From Psammoneis japonica (Eukaryota), in contig QPGO01000038.1 of NCBI GenBank assembly GCA_008632985.1, forward strand, positions 459,939 through 523,938: a stretch of 64,000 nt of DNA. The letters are read 5' to 3'. Within the stretch, counting starts at the first letter, position 1, and every line of letters begins with the position of its first letter. Both the position numbers and the translations under genes were made by a program. Positions 52,838 to 64,000 of this stretch are shown here, piece by piece. The notes under the pieces are model-generated. The model was not told where the DNA came from. It ran no database searches and saw only the letters and a list, made by a program, of their open reading frames with translations.

Positions 52838-53146
52838 AAGGTGAGTCACGCGTGTGATGGCCAGCCGTGCCGGTCTCAGTTGCACGGATCTCCCACAGAC
52901 CATCACAGGTCTTGCACTGGGAGTCTTGTCATCTGATTTGTGCTGCTGTGGGATCAGCATTGCTGTGGACAGCCTGCAGACACAGGAAAGTGGCATCAAC
53001 GGCGGCTGCGGCAGGGACACCTGCTGCAGCCAGCAGATGAGAAAGTGAGAGACAGATCTCAGAGAGATCTGCTCGTCTGTCTGGGTGGTCCGGTCGTCAT
53101 CCATGCACAGTCTGTCAATCACACAACAGACAGACTGACACACGCT
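52838..53146. repeat. Dispersed repeat X; inverted copies at ~58907-59187 and ~55386-55452, direct partial copy at ~63602-63725
   Basis: Shared sequence, e.g. gaccatcacaggtcttgcactgggagtc and ggcatcaacggcggctgcggcagggacacctgctgc. Confidence 0.85.
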
Positions 53147-54725
53147 TGCTTTCCTTGAAACAACTTGTTTGTTTTCCTTGAAACAACTTGTTTGTTTTCC
53201 TTAAAACAACTGCTCATTTTCCTTGAAACAACTTGTGTGTTTTCCTTGAAACAGCTGGTCATTTTCCTTGAAACAATGTGTTTGTTTTCCTTGAAACTGC
53301 TGGTCATTTTCCTTGAAACAGCACGCTTGTTTTCCTTGAAACAACATGTTTGTTTTTCCAGAAATGACATGTTTGTTTTTCTTGAAATGACATGTTTGTT
53401 TTCCTTGAAACCACAGGTTTGTTTTCTTTGAAACAACATTTTTGTTTTCTTTGAAACAACATGTTTGTTCTCCTTGAAATGAAATTTTTGTTTTCCTTGA
53501 AACAACATGTTTGTCTTCCTTGAAATGACTTGTTTGTTTTCCTTGAAATGACGTGTTTGTTTTTCTTGAAACAACATGTTTGTTTTCCAGGAAATGACAT
53601 TTTTGTTTTTCTTGAAAGGACGTGTTTTTTTTCCTTGAAAGGACATGTTTGTTTTCCTTGAAAGGACATGTTTGTTTTCCTTGAAACAACACATTTGTTT
53701 TCCTTGAAACAACATGTTTGTTTTCCTTGAAACAACATGTTCATTTTCCTTGAAATGACATTTTTGTTTTCCTTGAAATGACATTTTTGTTTTCCTTGAA
53801 ACAACACGTTTGTTTTTCTTGAAATGATGTGTTTGTTTTCCTTGAAACAACATGTTTGTGTTTTTTCAAATGACTTGTTTGTTTTCCTTGAAACAACATG
53901 TTTGTTTTTCTTGAAATGACACGTTTGTTTTTCTTGAAAGGACATGTTTGTTTTTCTTGAAAGGACATTTTTGTTTTCCTTGAAAAACACGTTTGTTTTT
54001 CTTGAAATGACATGTTTGTTTTCCTTGAAACAACACGTTTGTTTTCCTTGAAACAACAAGTTTGTTTTCCTTGAAACAACATGTTTGTTTTCCTTGAAAT
54101 GACATTTTTGTTTTCCTTGAAACAACACGTTTTTTTTTTTTGAAATGACGTGTTTGTTTTCCTTGAAACAACATGTTTGTTTTTCTTCAAATGACTTTTT
54201 TGTTTTCCTTGAAACAACATGTTTGTTTTTCTTGAAATGACATGTTTGTTTTCCTTGAAACAACATTTTTGTTTTCCTTGAAACAACATGTTTGTTTTCC
54301 AGGAAATGACATTTTTGTTTTCCTTGAAACAACGTGTTTGTTTTCCTTGAAATGACACGTTTGTTTTCCTTGAAACAACACGTTTGTTTTCCTTGAAACA
54401 ACATGTTTGTTTTCCTTGAAACAACGTGTTTGTTTTCCTTGAAACAACACGTTTGTTTTCCTTGAAACAACACGTTTGTTTTCCTTGAAATGACATTTTT
54501 GTTTTCCTCGAAACAACACATTTTTTTTTCTTGAATGACTTGTCAGTTTTTCTTGAAACCACAGGTTTGTTTTCTTTGAAACAACATTTTTGTTTTCCTT
54601 GAAACAACACGTTTGTTTTTCTTGAAATGACTTGCCAGTTTTTCTTGAAACCACAGGTTTGTTTTCTTTGAAACAACATTTTTGTTTTCCTTGAAACAAC
54701 ACGTTTGTTCTCCTTGAAATGACAA
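53146..54725. repeat. 23-bp satellite array (consensus TTCCTTGAAACAACATGTTTGTT)
   Basis: Head-to-tail degenerate 23-mers; translations show a 23-aa period. Confidence 0.95.
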
Positions 54726-54809
54726 AAAGCTCGCCGCTCAAATGCAAATTTGTTGCTCTCTTTCCGTGAAAGTGAAAGAATGTGACACGAGCAAAATTTT
54801 TTTGCCTTG

Positions 54810-55200
54810 TCCATTGCCTGTCAAAGACAGAAAGGGTGTTGCCGTGACAGAGATTGGAGCCTGATCAACTCTGCACATGTGTCGATGCGCCACCTTTTTT
54901 TTTTAACCAGGGTGAACTCCACAGTGGAGCGCACGCAACTTGACACTGTGCACTGCATTTTCTTGATGCAGTGCTTGTGCTCGTGCAGCGCTCCAAGTGC
55001 AAGACATGGAGTTGGACAAAGATGACCCTTGGGCTGAAACTTTCTGCCGCACAACTGCGCACACCACCACCAAGGCAGCTCTGATGCAGTTGGTCTTTGG
55101 ACGTGACATGAGATCTTCCGCTGCCTTTTGCAAAGAGTGGAGGCATGTCTCGGACAGAAATCAGAAAATGCTCCACTCAACTGACAAGCGCGAGAGTTGA
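54810..55200 (+). pseudogene. Ty3/gypsy integrase C-terminal fragment; inverted copy at ~63721-64000
   Basis: NSTVERTQ, DDPWAE, HTTTKAALMQLVFGRDM and W..V..RNQ resemble the gypsy IN pattern NAIVER..DPW..HTT.KATP.QL.FGRDM. Confidence 0.65.
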
Positions 55201-55452
55201 GCACAAAAAAGACAAATGGCGGCACCAACAATTGTTGTGCAGGGCCAGCTGCAGTTGTTCAAGTCAATGAAAATGTCATCATTTGTGCTCGAGAAGGTGT
55301 GCTGGTTTTTTGGACACAACAAAAAATGTCCCTTTCCAGCAGTGGGACCCTTCTGTCACTCACACGACCTTGTCACAGGGGTGAGTGCAGCAGGCATCCC
55401 TGCCGCAGCCGCTGCTGATGCTGCTTTCCTGCATTTGTGGGCTGTCTGCAGC

Positions 55453-57420
55453 GAACATGTTTGCACAAGGTGACAATGAGGGCAACCAGTGCTTGCTGCT
55501 GGACGCAATTGTTGACCACAAGACAGACGGACATGCAGTCTGGAAGGAGGGTGCCTTCACCCAAGATGGCAGAGGATGCAAATTCATGCACAAGACAACC
55601 AAAGGCTGGCACCTCTGTGTGCAATGGAAGGACAGCACCGCATCTTGGGAAAGACTGTCTGACTTGAAGGAATCTAACCCTGTGGAAGCAGCTGAGCACG
55701 CTGGGGCCAGATCCATCAAGGACAAGCCAGCTTTTGCCTGGTGGGTTCCCTTTGCCTTCAAGAGGCACAAACAGACAACAGCTGCTGTGAACAAGCAACA
55801 TCACAAGAGCACTCACAAGTGCGGGACACACATTCCCAAGACCTGTGAAGAAGCTGTCAAGACAGACAAGTCCAGCGGCAATTGCATGTGGCAGGATGCC
55901 ACAGACAAGGAAATGGATGTCATCAAGAAAGCTTTCAAGGTCATTGATGATGAAGAGGATCTTGTGGGATGCCAGCATGTCAGCTGCCATCTGGTCTTTG
56001 ACACTGAACTTCAAGGCTTCAAGCAAAAGGCTTGTCATGTGGCAGGGGGACACATGACTGAACCTCCAGCAATTTTGACACATGCAAGTGTCGTCTCACG
56101 TGAGAGTGTGTGGATGGCCCTCACTCTGGCGGCTCTGAATGATTTGGGGGTTGAGGCTGCAGACATTGAGAGTGCATGCATCACTGCACCTGACAGCAAA
56201 AAGATCACTGAGACTCCAGGACCTGAGTTTAGATCTGATGCAGGCAATGTGCTGTTGTGACGCGTGCATTGTGCGGTCTGAAGAGTGCAGGTGCATCCTT
56301 CAGGAACCACCCGGCATCATGTGTGCGTCACTTGGGATGGCAACCATGTCTGGCTGACCCTGATGCATGGATGAAGGAGGAAGTTAGACCCGATGATGGG
56401 TTTGGACATTGTGCTTGTGCACCGTTGCATGCAGACGACGTGCTCATGGCTCGCCATGATGCAATGCTGGCACTCGAGGAACTGGGCCGATGCTTCAGGA
56501 TGAAGCCAGGATCTGTTGGTGATCCTGAGATGTGTCTTGGGGCAAAGACCCGTGAAACCAAATTGCCAAATGGTGTCCATGCTTGGGGCATGAGTTCCAG
56601 CAAATGCATCCAGCAGGCCATTGAGAATGTCTGGGTGCATCCAGACAAGAACAGCCCTGGATGGACCTTGCAACGTTGGGCAATGGCTCCATTTCCACGT
56701 GACTGCCCAGCTGAACCAGACACTGTGCCAGAGCTCAATGCAGATGAAGCTCAGTTTCACCAGTCACAGGCAGGTGTCCTGCGCTGGACAGCAGAACTTG
56801 GGCAAGTGGACCTCATTGCCGAGGTGTCCAAACTCGCCTCATTTCTTGCCATGCTGAGAGAAGGTCATCTCAACACAGTCCTTGATGTTTGTGGATGCTT
56901 GAAGAACAAGCACAATGCCAGGTTGGTGTTTGATCCAATGCACCCGGACATTGACGTGTCTGACAATTCCACCCAATGTGCCAGAAGCTCTGGGCAAGGA
57001 TGTCGACCCATGCTTGTTTGCAGACTCTGACCATGCAAATGACAAGTTGACAAGACGCTCTTGCGCTGGTTGTTTTGTCCACTTGAACATGGCATTGGTC
57101 TCCTGGTTCTCCAAGTGCCAGAGTGCCACAGAGACCTCAGTCTTTGGAGCTGAGTTTGTGGCTGTGAAACAGGGCATGGAAGCCTTGCGAGGCCTCAGGC
57201 ACAAACTCAGGATGATGGGAGTGCCGCTCAGCAGGCCACCATGCATTTGTGGGGACAACCTGTCAGTCCTCCACAACACCCAAAGTCCAGAGTCAACTTT
57301 GAAGAAAAAGTCCAGCTCTGCACGCTGCCGTGCTGTAAGAGAATCAGCAGCTGTGGGTGAGTCACTCACTGGACACATTAGATCGGAGTGCAATCCAGAA
57401 GATCTTGCAACTGAGATCAT
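55453..57420 (+). mobile_element. Ty1/copia (CoDi-type) pol relic: post-integrase domain, RT and RNase H
   Basis: TTKGWHLCVQWKD..SWERL.DLKES.P, PAFAWWVP, WQDA..KEM, SVVSRESV, ALCGLKSAG, LHADDVL, DSDHA.D..TRRS, ETSVFGAEF and GDN.SV. Confidence 0.95.
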
Positions 57421-57764
57421 GTGCGGTGGTGTTGATGACCAAGGATTGGCCATGTGCCGGCACCCTTGTCCCACAGGGTTTCTAGAAGGTCGCTGGGGTT
57501 TTCTTGCCACACATTTGTGGCTGAATGCTGTTGAAGTGTAAAGTTGGTCAAGCCAATTCAGTGCCTGCTTCAATGACTTGAGGGGACTGAAGAATTTGCC
57601 ATGTGGTGTCATGATGGATGGTTGAATGCACTGCATGTTTTGGCAAGTTGGAACAAGCAAACTGCGTCCAAGGCAAGGCTCACATTTCTGGAAACAGTGG
57701 CACGATGTCACATGACTTTCCCATGGCCTTGCTCTCTGGCATGCGACTACAAGGTGATTCATTC

Positions 57765-60700
57765 TAAAACAAACCACGTTGTTTCAAGGAAAACAAACAT
57801 GTTGTTTCAAGGAAAACAAGTGTGTCATTTCCCAGAAAACAAACACGTTGTTTCAAGGAAAACAAACACGTTGTTTCAAGGAAAACAAACACGTCCTTTC
57901 AAGAAAAACAAACATGTTGTTTCAAGGAAAACAAACATGTCCTTTCAGGAAAAACAAACGTGTCATTTCAAGAAAAACAAACACGTCATTTCAATGAAAA
58001 CAAACGTGTTGTTTCAAGGAAAACAAAAATGTCATTTCCTGGAAAACAAACATGTTGTTTGGAGGAAAACAAACATGTCATTTCAAGGAAAACAAACATG
58101 TCATTTCAAGGAAAACAAACACGTTGTTTCAAGGAAAACAAACATGTTGTTTTAGAGAAAACAAACATGTCATTTCAAGGAAAACAAACACGTTGTTTCA
58201 AGGAAAACAAACACGTTGTTTCAGAGAAAACAAACATGTCCTTTCAAGAAAAAAAAACATGTCATTTCTGGAAAAACAAACATGTTGTTTCAAGGAAAAC
58301 AAACATGTTGTTTCAGAGAAAACAAACACGTCATTTCAAGGAAAACAAACACGTTGTTTCAAGGAAAACAAACCACGTTGTTTCAAGGAAAACAAACATG
58401 TTGTTTCAGAGAAAACAAACATGTCCTTTCAAGAAAAAAAAACATGTCATTTCTAGAAAAACAAACATGTTGTTTCAAGGAAAACAAACACACTGTTTCA
58501 AGGAAAACAAACATGTTGATTCAAGGAAAACAAACATGTTGCTTCAGAGAAAACAAACATGTCATTTCAAAGAAAACAAACACGTTGTTTCAAGGAAAAC
58601 AAACATGTTGTTTCAGAGAAACCAAACACGTCCTTTCAAGAAAAACAAACATGTCATTTCCAGAAAAACAAACATGTTGTTTCAAGGAAAACAAACATGC
58701 TGTTTCAAGGAAAATGACCAGCAGCTTCAAGGAAAACATGCACGTTGTTTCAAGGAAAATGACCAGCTGTTTCAAGGAAAAAACACAAATTGTTTCAAGG
58801 AAAACAAGCAGTTGTTTCAAGGAAAACACACAAGTTGTTTCAAGGAAAATGAGCAGTTGTTTCAAGGAAAACAAACAAGTTGATTCAAGGAAAGCAAGCT
58901 TGTTTCAGCCTGTCTGTCGTGTGATTGACAGACTGTGTGTGGATGACAACCGGACCGCCCAGACAGATGAGCAGATCTCTCTGAGATCTGTCTCTAACTT
59001 TCACATCTGCTGGCTGCAGCAGGTGTCCCTGCCGCAGCCGCCGTTGATGCCACTTTCCTGTGTCTGCAGGCTGTCCGCAGCAAGGCTGATCCCGCAGCAG
59101 CGCACATCAGATGACGAGACTCCCAGTGCAAGACCTGTGATGGTCTGCGGGAGATCCGCGCAACTGAGACCGGCACGGCTGGCCATCAAACATGTTGTTT
59201 CAAGGAAAACAAATGAGTTGTTTCAAGGAAAACAAATGTGTTGTTTCAAGGAAAACAAAAATGTCCTTTCAAGGAAAACAAAAATGTCCTTTCAAGAAAA
59301 ACAAACGTGTTGTTTCAAGAAAAACAAACACGTTGTTTCACAAAAGACAAAAATCTCATTTCAAGGAAAACAAACTTGTTGTTTCAAGGAAAACAAACAC
59401 GTCCTTTCAAGAAAAACAAACGTGTTGTTTCAAGGAAAACAAAAATGTCATTTCAAGGAAAACAAACATGTTGTTTCAAGGAAAACAAACACGTTGTTTC
59501 AAGGAAAACAAACACGTTGTTTCAGAGAAAACAAACATGTCCTTTCAAGAAAAACAAACATGTCATTTCTAGAAAAACAAACTTGTTTTTTCAAGGAAAA
59601 CAAACACAACTCGCCAGCTTTCCTTGAAACAGCTGGTCATTTTCTTGGAAACAGCTGGTCATTTTCCTTGAAACAACATGTTTGTTTTCCTTGAAACAAC
59701 TTGTTTGATTTCCTTGAAACAGCATGTTTGTTTTCCTTGAAGCAGCACGTTTGTTTTCCTTGAAGCTGCGCGTTTGTTTTCCTTGAAGCTGCACGTTGTT
59801 TTCGTTGAAATGGCTGGTCATTTTCCTTGAAACAACACGTTTGTTTTCTTTGAAGTCATTTTCCTTGAAATGAAACAACACGTTTGTTTTCCTTGAAACA
59901 ACACGTTTGCTTTCCTTGAAACAACACGTTTGTCATCTCTGAAACAAAAGAATTGTTTTCCTCAAAACAACGTGTTTGTTTTCCTTGAAACAGCTGGTCA
60001 TTTTCCTTGAAACAGCACGTTTGCTTTCCTTGAATTGGCTGGTTATTTTTCTTTAAAACAGCTTGTCATTTTCTTTGAAACAACGTGTTTGTTTTCCTTG
60101 AAACAAAATGTTTGTTTTTTGTTTGTTTTCCTCCTTGTTTCATTTCAAGGAAAATGACTTCAAGGAAAACAAACGTGTTGTTTCAAGGAAAATGACCAGC
60201 CATTTCAACGAAAACAACGCGCAGCTTCAAGGAAAACAAACGCGCAGCTTCAAGGAAAACAAACGTGTTGCTTCAAGGAAAACAAACGTGTTGCTTCAAG
60301 GAAAACAAACATGTTGTTTCAAGGAAAACAAACGAGTTGTTTCAAGGAAAACAAATGTGTTGTTTCAAGGAAAACAAAAATGTCCTTTCAAGGAAAACAA
60401 AAATGTCCTTTCAAGAAAAACAAACGTGTTGTTTCAAGAAAAACAAACACGTTGTTTCACAAAAAACAAAAATCTCATTTCAAGGAAAACAAACTTGTTG
60501 TTTCAAGGAAAATGAACATGTCCTTTCAAGAAAAACAAACGTGTTGTTTCAAGGAAAACAAAAACGTCATTTCAAGGAAAACAAACATGTTGTTTCAAGG
60601 AAAAGAAACACGTTGTTTCAGAGAAAACAAACATGTCCTTTCTAGAAAAACAAACATGTCATTTCTAGAAAAACAAACATGTTGTTTCAAGGAAAACAAA

Positions 60701-61620
60701 CACAACTCGCCAGCTTTCATTGAAACAGCTGGTCATTTTCTTGGAAACAGCTGGTCATTTTCCTTGAAACAACATGTTTGTTTTCCTTGAAACAACTTGT
60801 TTGCTTTCCTTGAAACAGCACGTTTGTTTTCCTTGAATCAGCACATTTGTTTTCCTTGAATCTGCGCATTTGTTTTCCTTGAAGCTGCGCGTTCTTTTCG
60901 TTGAAATGGCTGGTCATTTTCCTTGAAACAACACGTTTGTTGAAATGGCATTTTTCTTTTCCTTGAAACAACACATTTGTTTTCCTTGAAACAACATGTT
61001 TGTTTTCCTTGAAACAACATGATTGTTTTTCTTGAAATGACGTGTTTGTTTCCTTGAAACAACATGTTTGTTTTCCTTGAAACAACGTGTTTGTTTTCCT
61101 TGAAATGACATTTTTTGTTTTCCTTGAAACAACATGTTTGTTTTTCTTGAAATGACATGTTTGTTTTTCCTGAAAGGACGTGCTTGTTTTCCTTGAAAGG
61201 ACACGTTTGTTTTCCTTGAAACAACGTGTTTTTTTTCCTTGATGCAACATGTGTGTTTTTCTTGAAACAACGTGTTTGTTTTTCTTGAAACAAATTGTTT
61301 GTTTTCCTTGAAACAACGTGTTTGTTTTCCTTGAAACAACATCTTTGTTTTCCTTGAAACAACACGTTTGTTTTCCTTAAAACAACGCATTTGTTTTCCT
61401 TGAATTGGCTTGTCATTTTCCCTGAAACAACATGTCACATGTTTGTTTTCCTTGAAGCAACGCATTTGTTTTCCTTGAAACATTGTGTTTGTTTTCTTTG
61501 AAACAACATGTTTGTTTTCTTTGAAACAACACATTTGTTTTCCTTGAAACCACATGTTTGTTTTCTGTGAAAAAACAACGTCTTTGTTTTTTTTCTTTGA
61601 AACAGCCAGTCATTTTTCCC
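57765..61620. repeat. 23-bp satellite arrays in alternating orientation, interrupted by repeat X
   Basis: TTTCAAGGAA orientation at ~57765-58895, 59187-59605 and 60143-60703. TTCCTTGAAA orientation at ~59619-60110 and 60717-61620. Confidence 0.95.
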
Positions 61621-61639
61621 AGAGGAAAATCAAACACTC

Positions 61640-63200
61640 AAGTTGTGTGACATGAACAGTTTTTTGGATCGCGTTGCATGTCACTTGCACACATTTCTGT
61701 GTGTGATGTTCTGCAGAATTGTCTCATGCTCCCTGTTTTGTGAAGCCAAAGGCTTTCTGTTTTCAACATTTGTGAGAATGAAAATGCACTGGATGTGCTC
61801 CAGCTCCAGGTGGGACCTTGCGCTGCTGAGCTGTGACACAAAATTTGTTTGTCATCTGTCGCATGTTTTGCACGTGCATTTTTGCGTGTTCCATCACAAA
61901 ACAATGTCCCATGCTGCCTGTTTGAGAGGGGTGGGAATCTGCCAATCTAGCAGCCTTGTGATCAAAAGCCGGGTGGCTCTTGCAGATGATCTGCTTGAGA
62001 GCCTTTCATCCATTGCCGCAGCAAGATGTGACAATCCAATGATGTTTGCTGTTCTCAGGGAACTCGCCCAAGTTGGAAAGGATCTTGTGAAGGGAACTTT
62101 GGGCTTCTTTGCTGTGAACACACACTCATTGGGGCAAGTCATCATCTTGGCCATTGCAAGCCTCAAAGCCCTTCTCACCACCGTGATCCTTTGTGAAGCA
62201 CCACAAAGGATGCAAGCAGCATCCCAAGTTGAGTGAGTGATGTTGGAAGTTTTTGCGCCATGCACATGTCCCAGTGGGAGAGTCATCATGACAGACCGGA
62301 GGTTCTCTGAACAGCATTTTCTGATCAGGGGTCAAGCTCACAACAAAGAGAGTGCAGCCATTGAGAATGATGCAATCAGAGGCATTGATGTGATGACGGA
62401 ATCCATGGTCACAATGGACGAGTGAGCTCTTCAGGGTGGCGTCTCCATGTTCTTTGCGGCTGCAGCATTTGCGGGCATTGGCAGGCAGAGCATCAGGGTT
62501 GAAGAGATGTTTGGATGCAGTGGAAGTTGCAGTGCTTCCAGATGTCTTGCCGGAGGCAGCAGAAGGCAGAGCAGTGCTCGGCGCAAACTTGTTGAGGGCA
62601 GTGATTGAGTCATTCACACCAGTGGTTGCAGGTCCGGAGCTGGTGGCAGGCGAGGATGCAGGCTGTGGTTTCTGCTGGCAGGGCTTGAGGGAAAACTCTT
62701 TCCAACCCCAACAATGCCATGTCATGTCAGGATCAATGCAAATGTGTTGTGTGGAAATGACAATGTGTGTCGTTTGATCATTGCTCCAGAGATTGTCTTG
62801 ATCATCAACGACATGGCTGGAGACGTCGCGCGGATTGCACGAGGCCTGGCGGGGTTTGCAGCACGGAATGCAGCTTGACCCACAATCGTCTTGACAGGCT
62901 GCATGTCCACAGGATCAGCCGTGCATGGTGGGAATGTTGTGCAGATGATGTGATCTTGAGATGAGCCCACATGATCATTCTTGGGTTGAGCGTGCTCTGG
63001 ATTGTCAAAGAACGGGCCCAGGTCAATTGTTGAGTCCGTGCGCACCTCATTCAAACACGCGCGGAGATGAGGTGTCAATGCATGTTCTTGAAGCTCACAA
63101 TGGATCTCTGCAAGAGACGTTGGAGTGGCCTTTGCAAGGTCAGGGGATGCCATGGTTGCACTTGGTGAGAGCATTTTTGGTCGCGCACATGCAGAAATCT
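61640..63200 (-). pseudogene. Probable copia (CoDi) gag relic
   Basis: W.KNFQHHSLNLGCCLHPLWCFTKDHGGEKGF...DDDLP and NG*KALKQIICKSHPAF recall diatom copia gag, with Tyr->Cys/His changes. Confidence 0.5.
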
Positions 63201-64000
63201 GGTGTGTTTCTACGATCGTGAAAAATGCCGGGAAAGCAAGCAAAAATTGTTGCTGGAACAGACAACGAGGCTTGCTTTGTTGGCTCACAAAACAAATGAA
63301 TCAAGGTGGAAAGTGTGGTGCAGAGTTCTGTGGCACAGCACAAGGCCACAACCTGACAGAACACTGACGGTCAATGATGACAGAGGCACAAAAGACTCCC
63401 CAAGCACTGGGGCTGTGACAACACAAGTGCCATGCCCTGTGCAAAAAACAGGGTCCAAGCACTTGGTTGCAAAGAGGTCAACAATTCTTGTGCTGTGCAA
63501 ATCATGGGGCTGTTTTTGCAGAGTGCGTGCATGTGCGACAGCAGGACATGCGGAGCTTCAGCCCTTCCATGCAGCCAATCATGCTTGGTCCCTTCACATG
63601 CAAGGTGAGTCACGCGCGCAATGGCCAGTCATGCTGGTCTCAGTTGCATGGATGTCCAGCAGACCATCACAGGTCTTGCACTGGGAGTCACGTTGTCCAG
63701 TGTGCACTTCTGCGGGATCAGCATCGGAGTTGCCTTGGCAGTGGTGTGTGCAGTTGCACGGCAGAAAGTTTCAGTCCAAGGGTTGTCTTTGCCCAGCTCC
63801 ATGTCTTGCACTTGGAGTGCTGCACGAGCACAAGCACTGCATCAAGAAAATGCAATGCACAGTGTCAAGTTGTGTGCGTTCCACTGTGCAGTTCACCCTG
63901 GGTTAAAAAAAAAAGGTGGCGCATCGACACGTGTGCAGAGTTGATCAGGCTCCACTCTCTGTCACATGGCAACACCCCTTCTGTCTTTGACAGGCAATGG

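Larger units (their letters stand above)
26900..64000. other. TpA-depleted hypermutated domain 3 (at least 37 kb, runs off the window)
   Basis: Near-total loss of TA. ORFs are nearly Tyr-free and Cys/His-rich, and the recognisable content is TE relics and satellite. Confidence 0.9.

Noticed and set aside
34834..57420. Alternative genetic code or foreign DNA as the cause of Tyr loss
   Set aside because: Non-coding repeats, TIRs and TSDs show the same change, duplicates resolve to either Cys or His, and unrelated TE classes are all affected.
55453..57420. ADAR-type RNA editing fixed by reverse transcription
   Set aside because: Both A->G and T->C occur on the same strand, and DNA transposons, tandem duplications and satellite with no RNA intermediate are also affected.
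53146..61620. 23-bp repeats as a CRISPR array
   Set aside because: Units are head-to-tail with no unique spacers, no cas genes are present and the context is eukaryotic.
53119..61637. Long K/N/Q/F-rich ORFs (up to 492 aa)
   Set aside because: They are translations of the satellite, open in all frames of one strand because TA-containing stops are absent.
26900..64000. Many Cys/His-rich ORFs as zinc-finger or metallothionein genes
   Set aside because: Cys/His excess follows from TG/CA enrichment. Only motifs with canonical spacing (PHD ~51600, C2H2-like ~38530) were kept.

Overview
Eukaryotic DNA, almost certainly from a diatom (Lhcx gene with an ASAFAP-type plastid leader, short introns, CoDi-type copia). 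Seven ordinary host genes lie in three islands (about 1-4.6, 8.5-13.8 and 20-26.8 kb): a CLC channel, a class 3 lipase, an HSP20, a multidomain PhoX-like phosphatase, Lhcx, a 515-aa hypothetical protein and a P-loop kinase. Three repeat/transposon-relic domains separate or follow them (about 5.0-8.5, 14.0-19.7 and 26.9-64 kb). These hold a PIF/Harbinger element, a foldback element with a nested MITE, two large Plavaka/CMC-like DNA transposons with cargo genes, copia and gypsy relics and a 23-bp satellite. The main observation is that TpA has been almost erased inside these domains, and only there, by A:T->G:C transitions on both strands (TA->TG or CA). Conserved Tyr residues of every element class read as Cys or His (e.g. 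RT YVDD->HADD). Duplicated copies resolve the same ancestral TA in opposite directions. Surviving TAs are mostly YTAR, and the effect fades toward neighbouring genes even within one inverted-repeat arm. This looks like a domain-targeted, RIP-like genome-defence mutator acting on A:T pairs, on top of CpG decay. All of this was read by eye without tools. The mechanism is inference, and I cannot confirm that it is undescribed.
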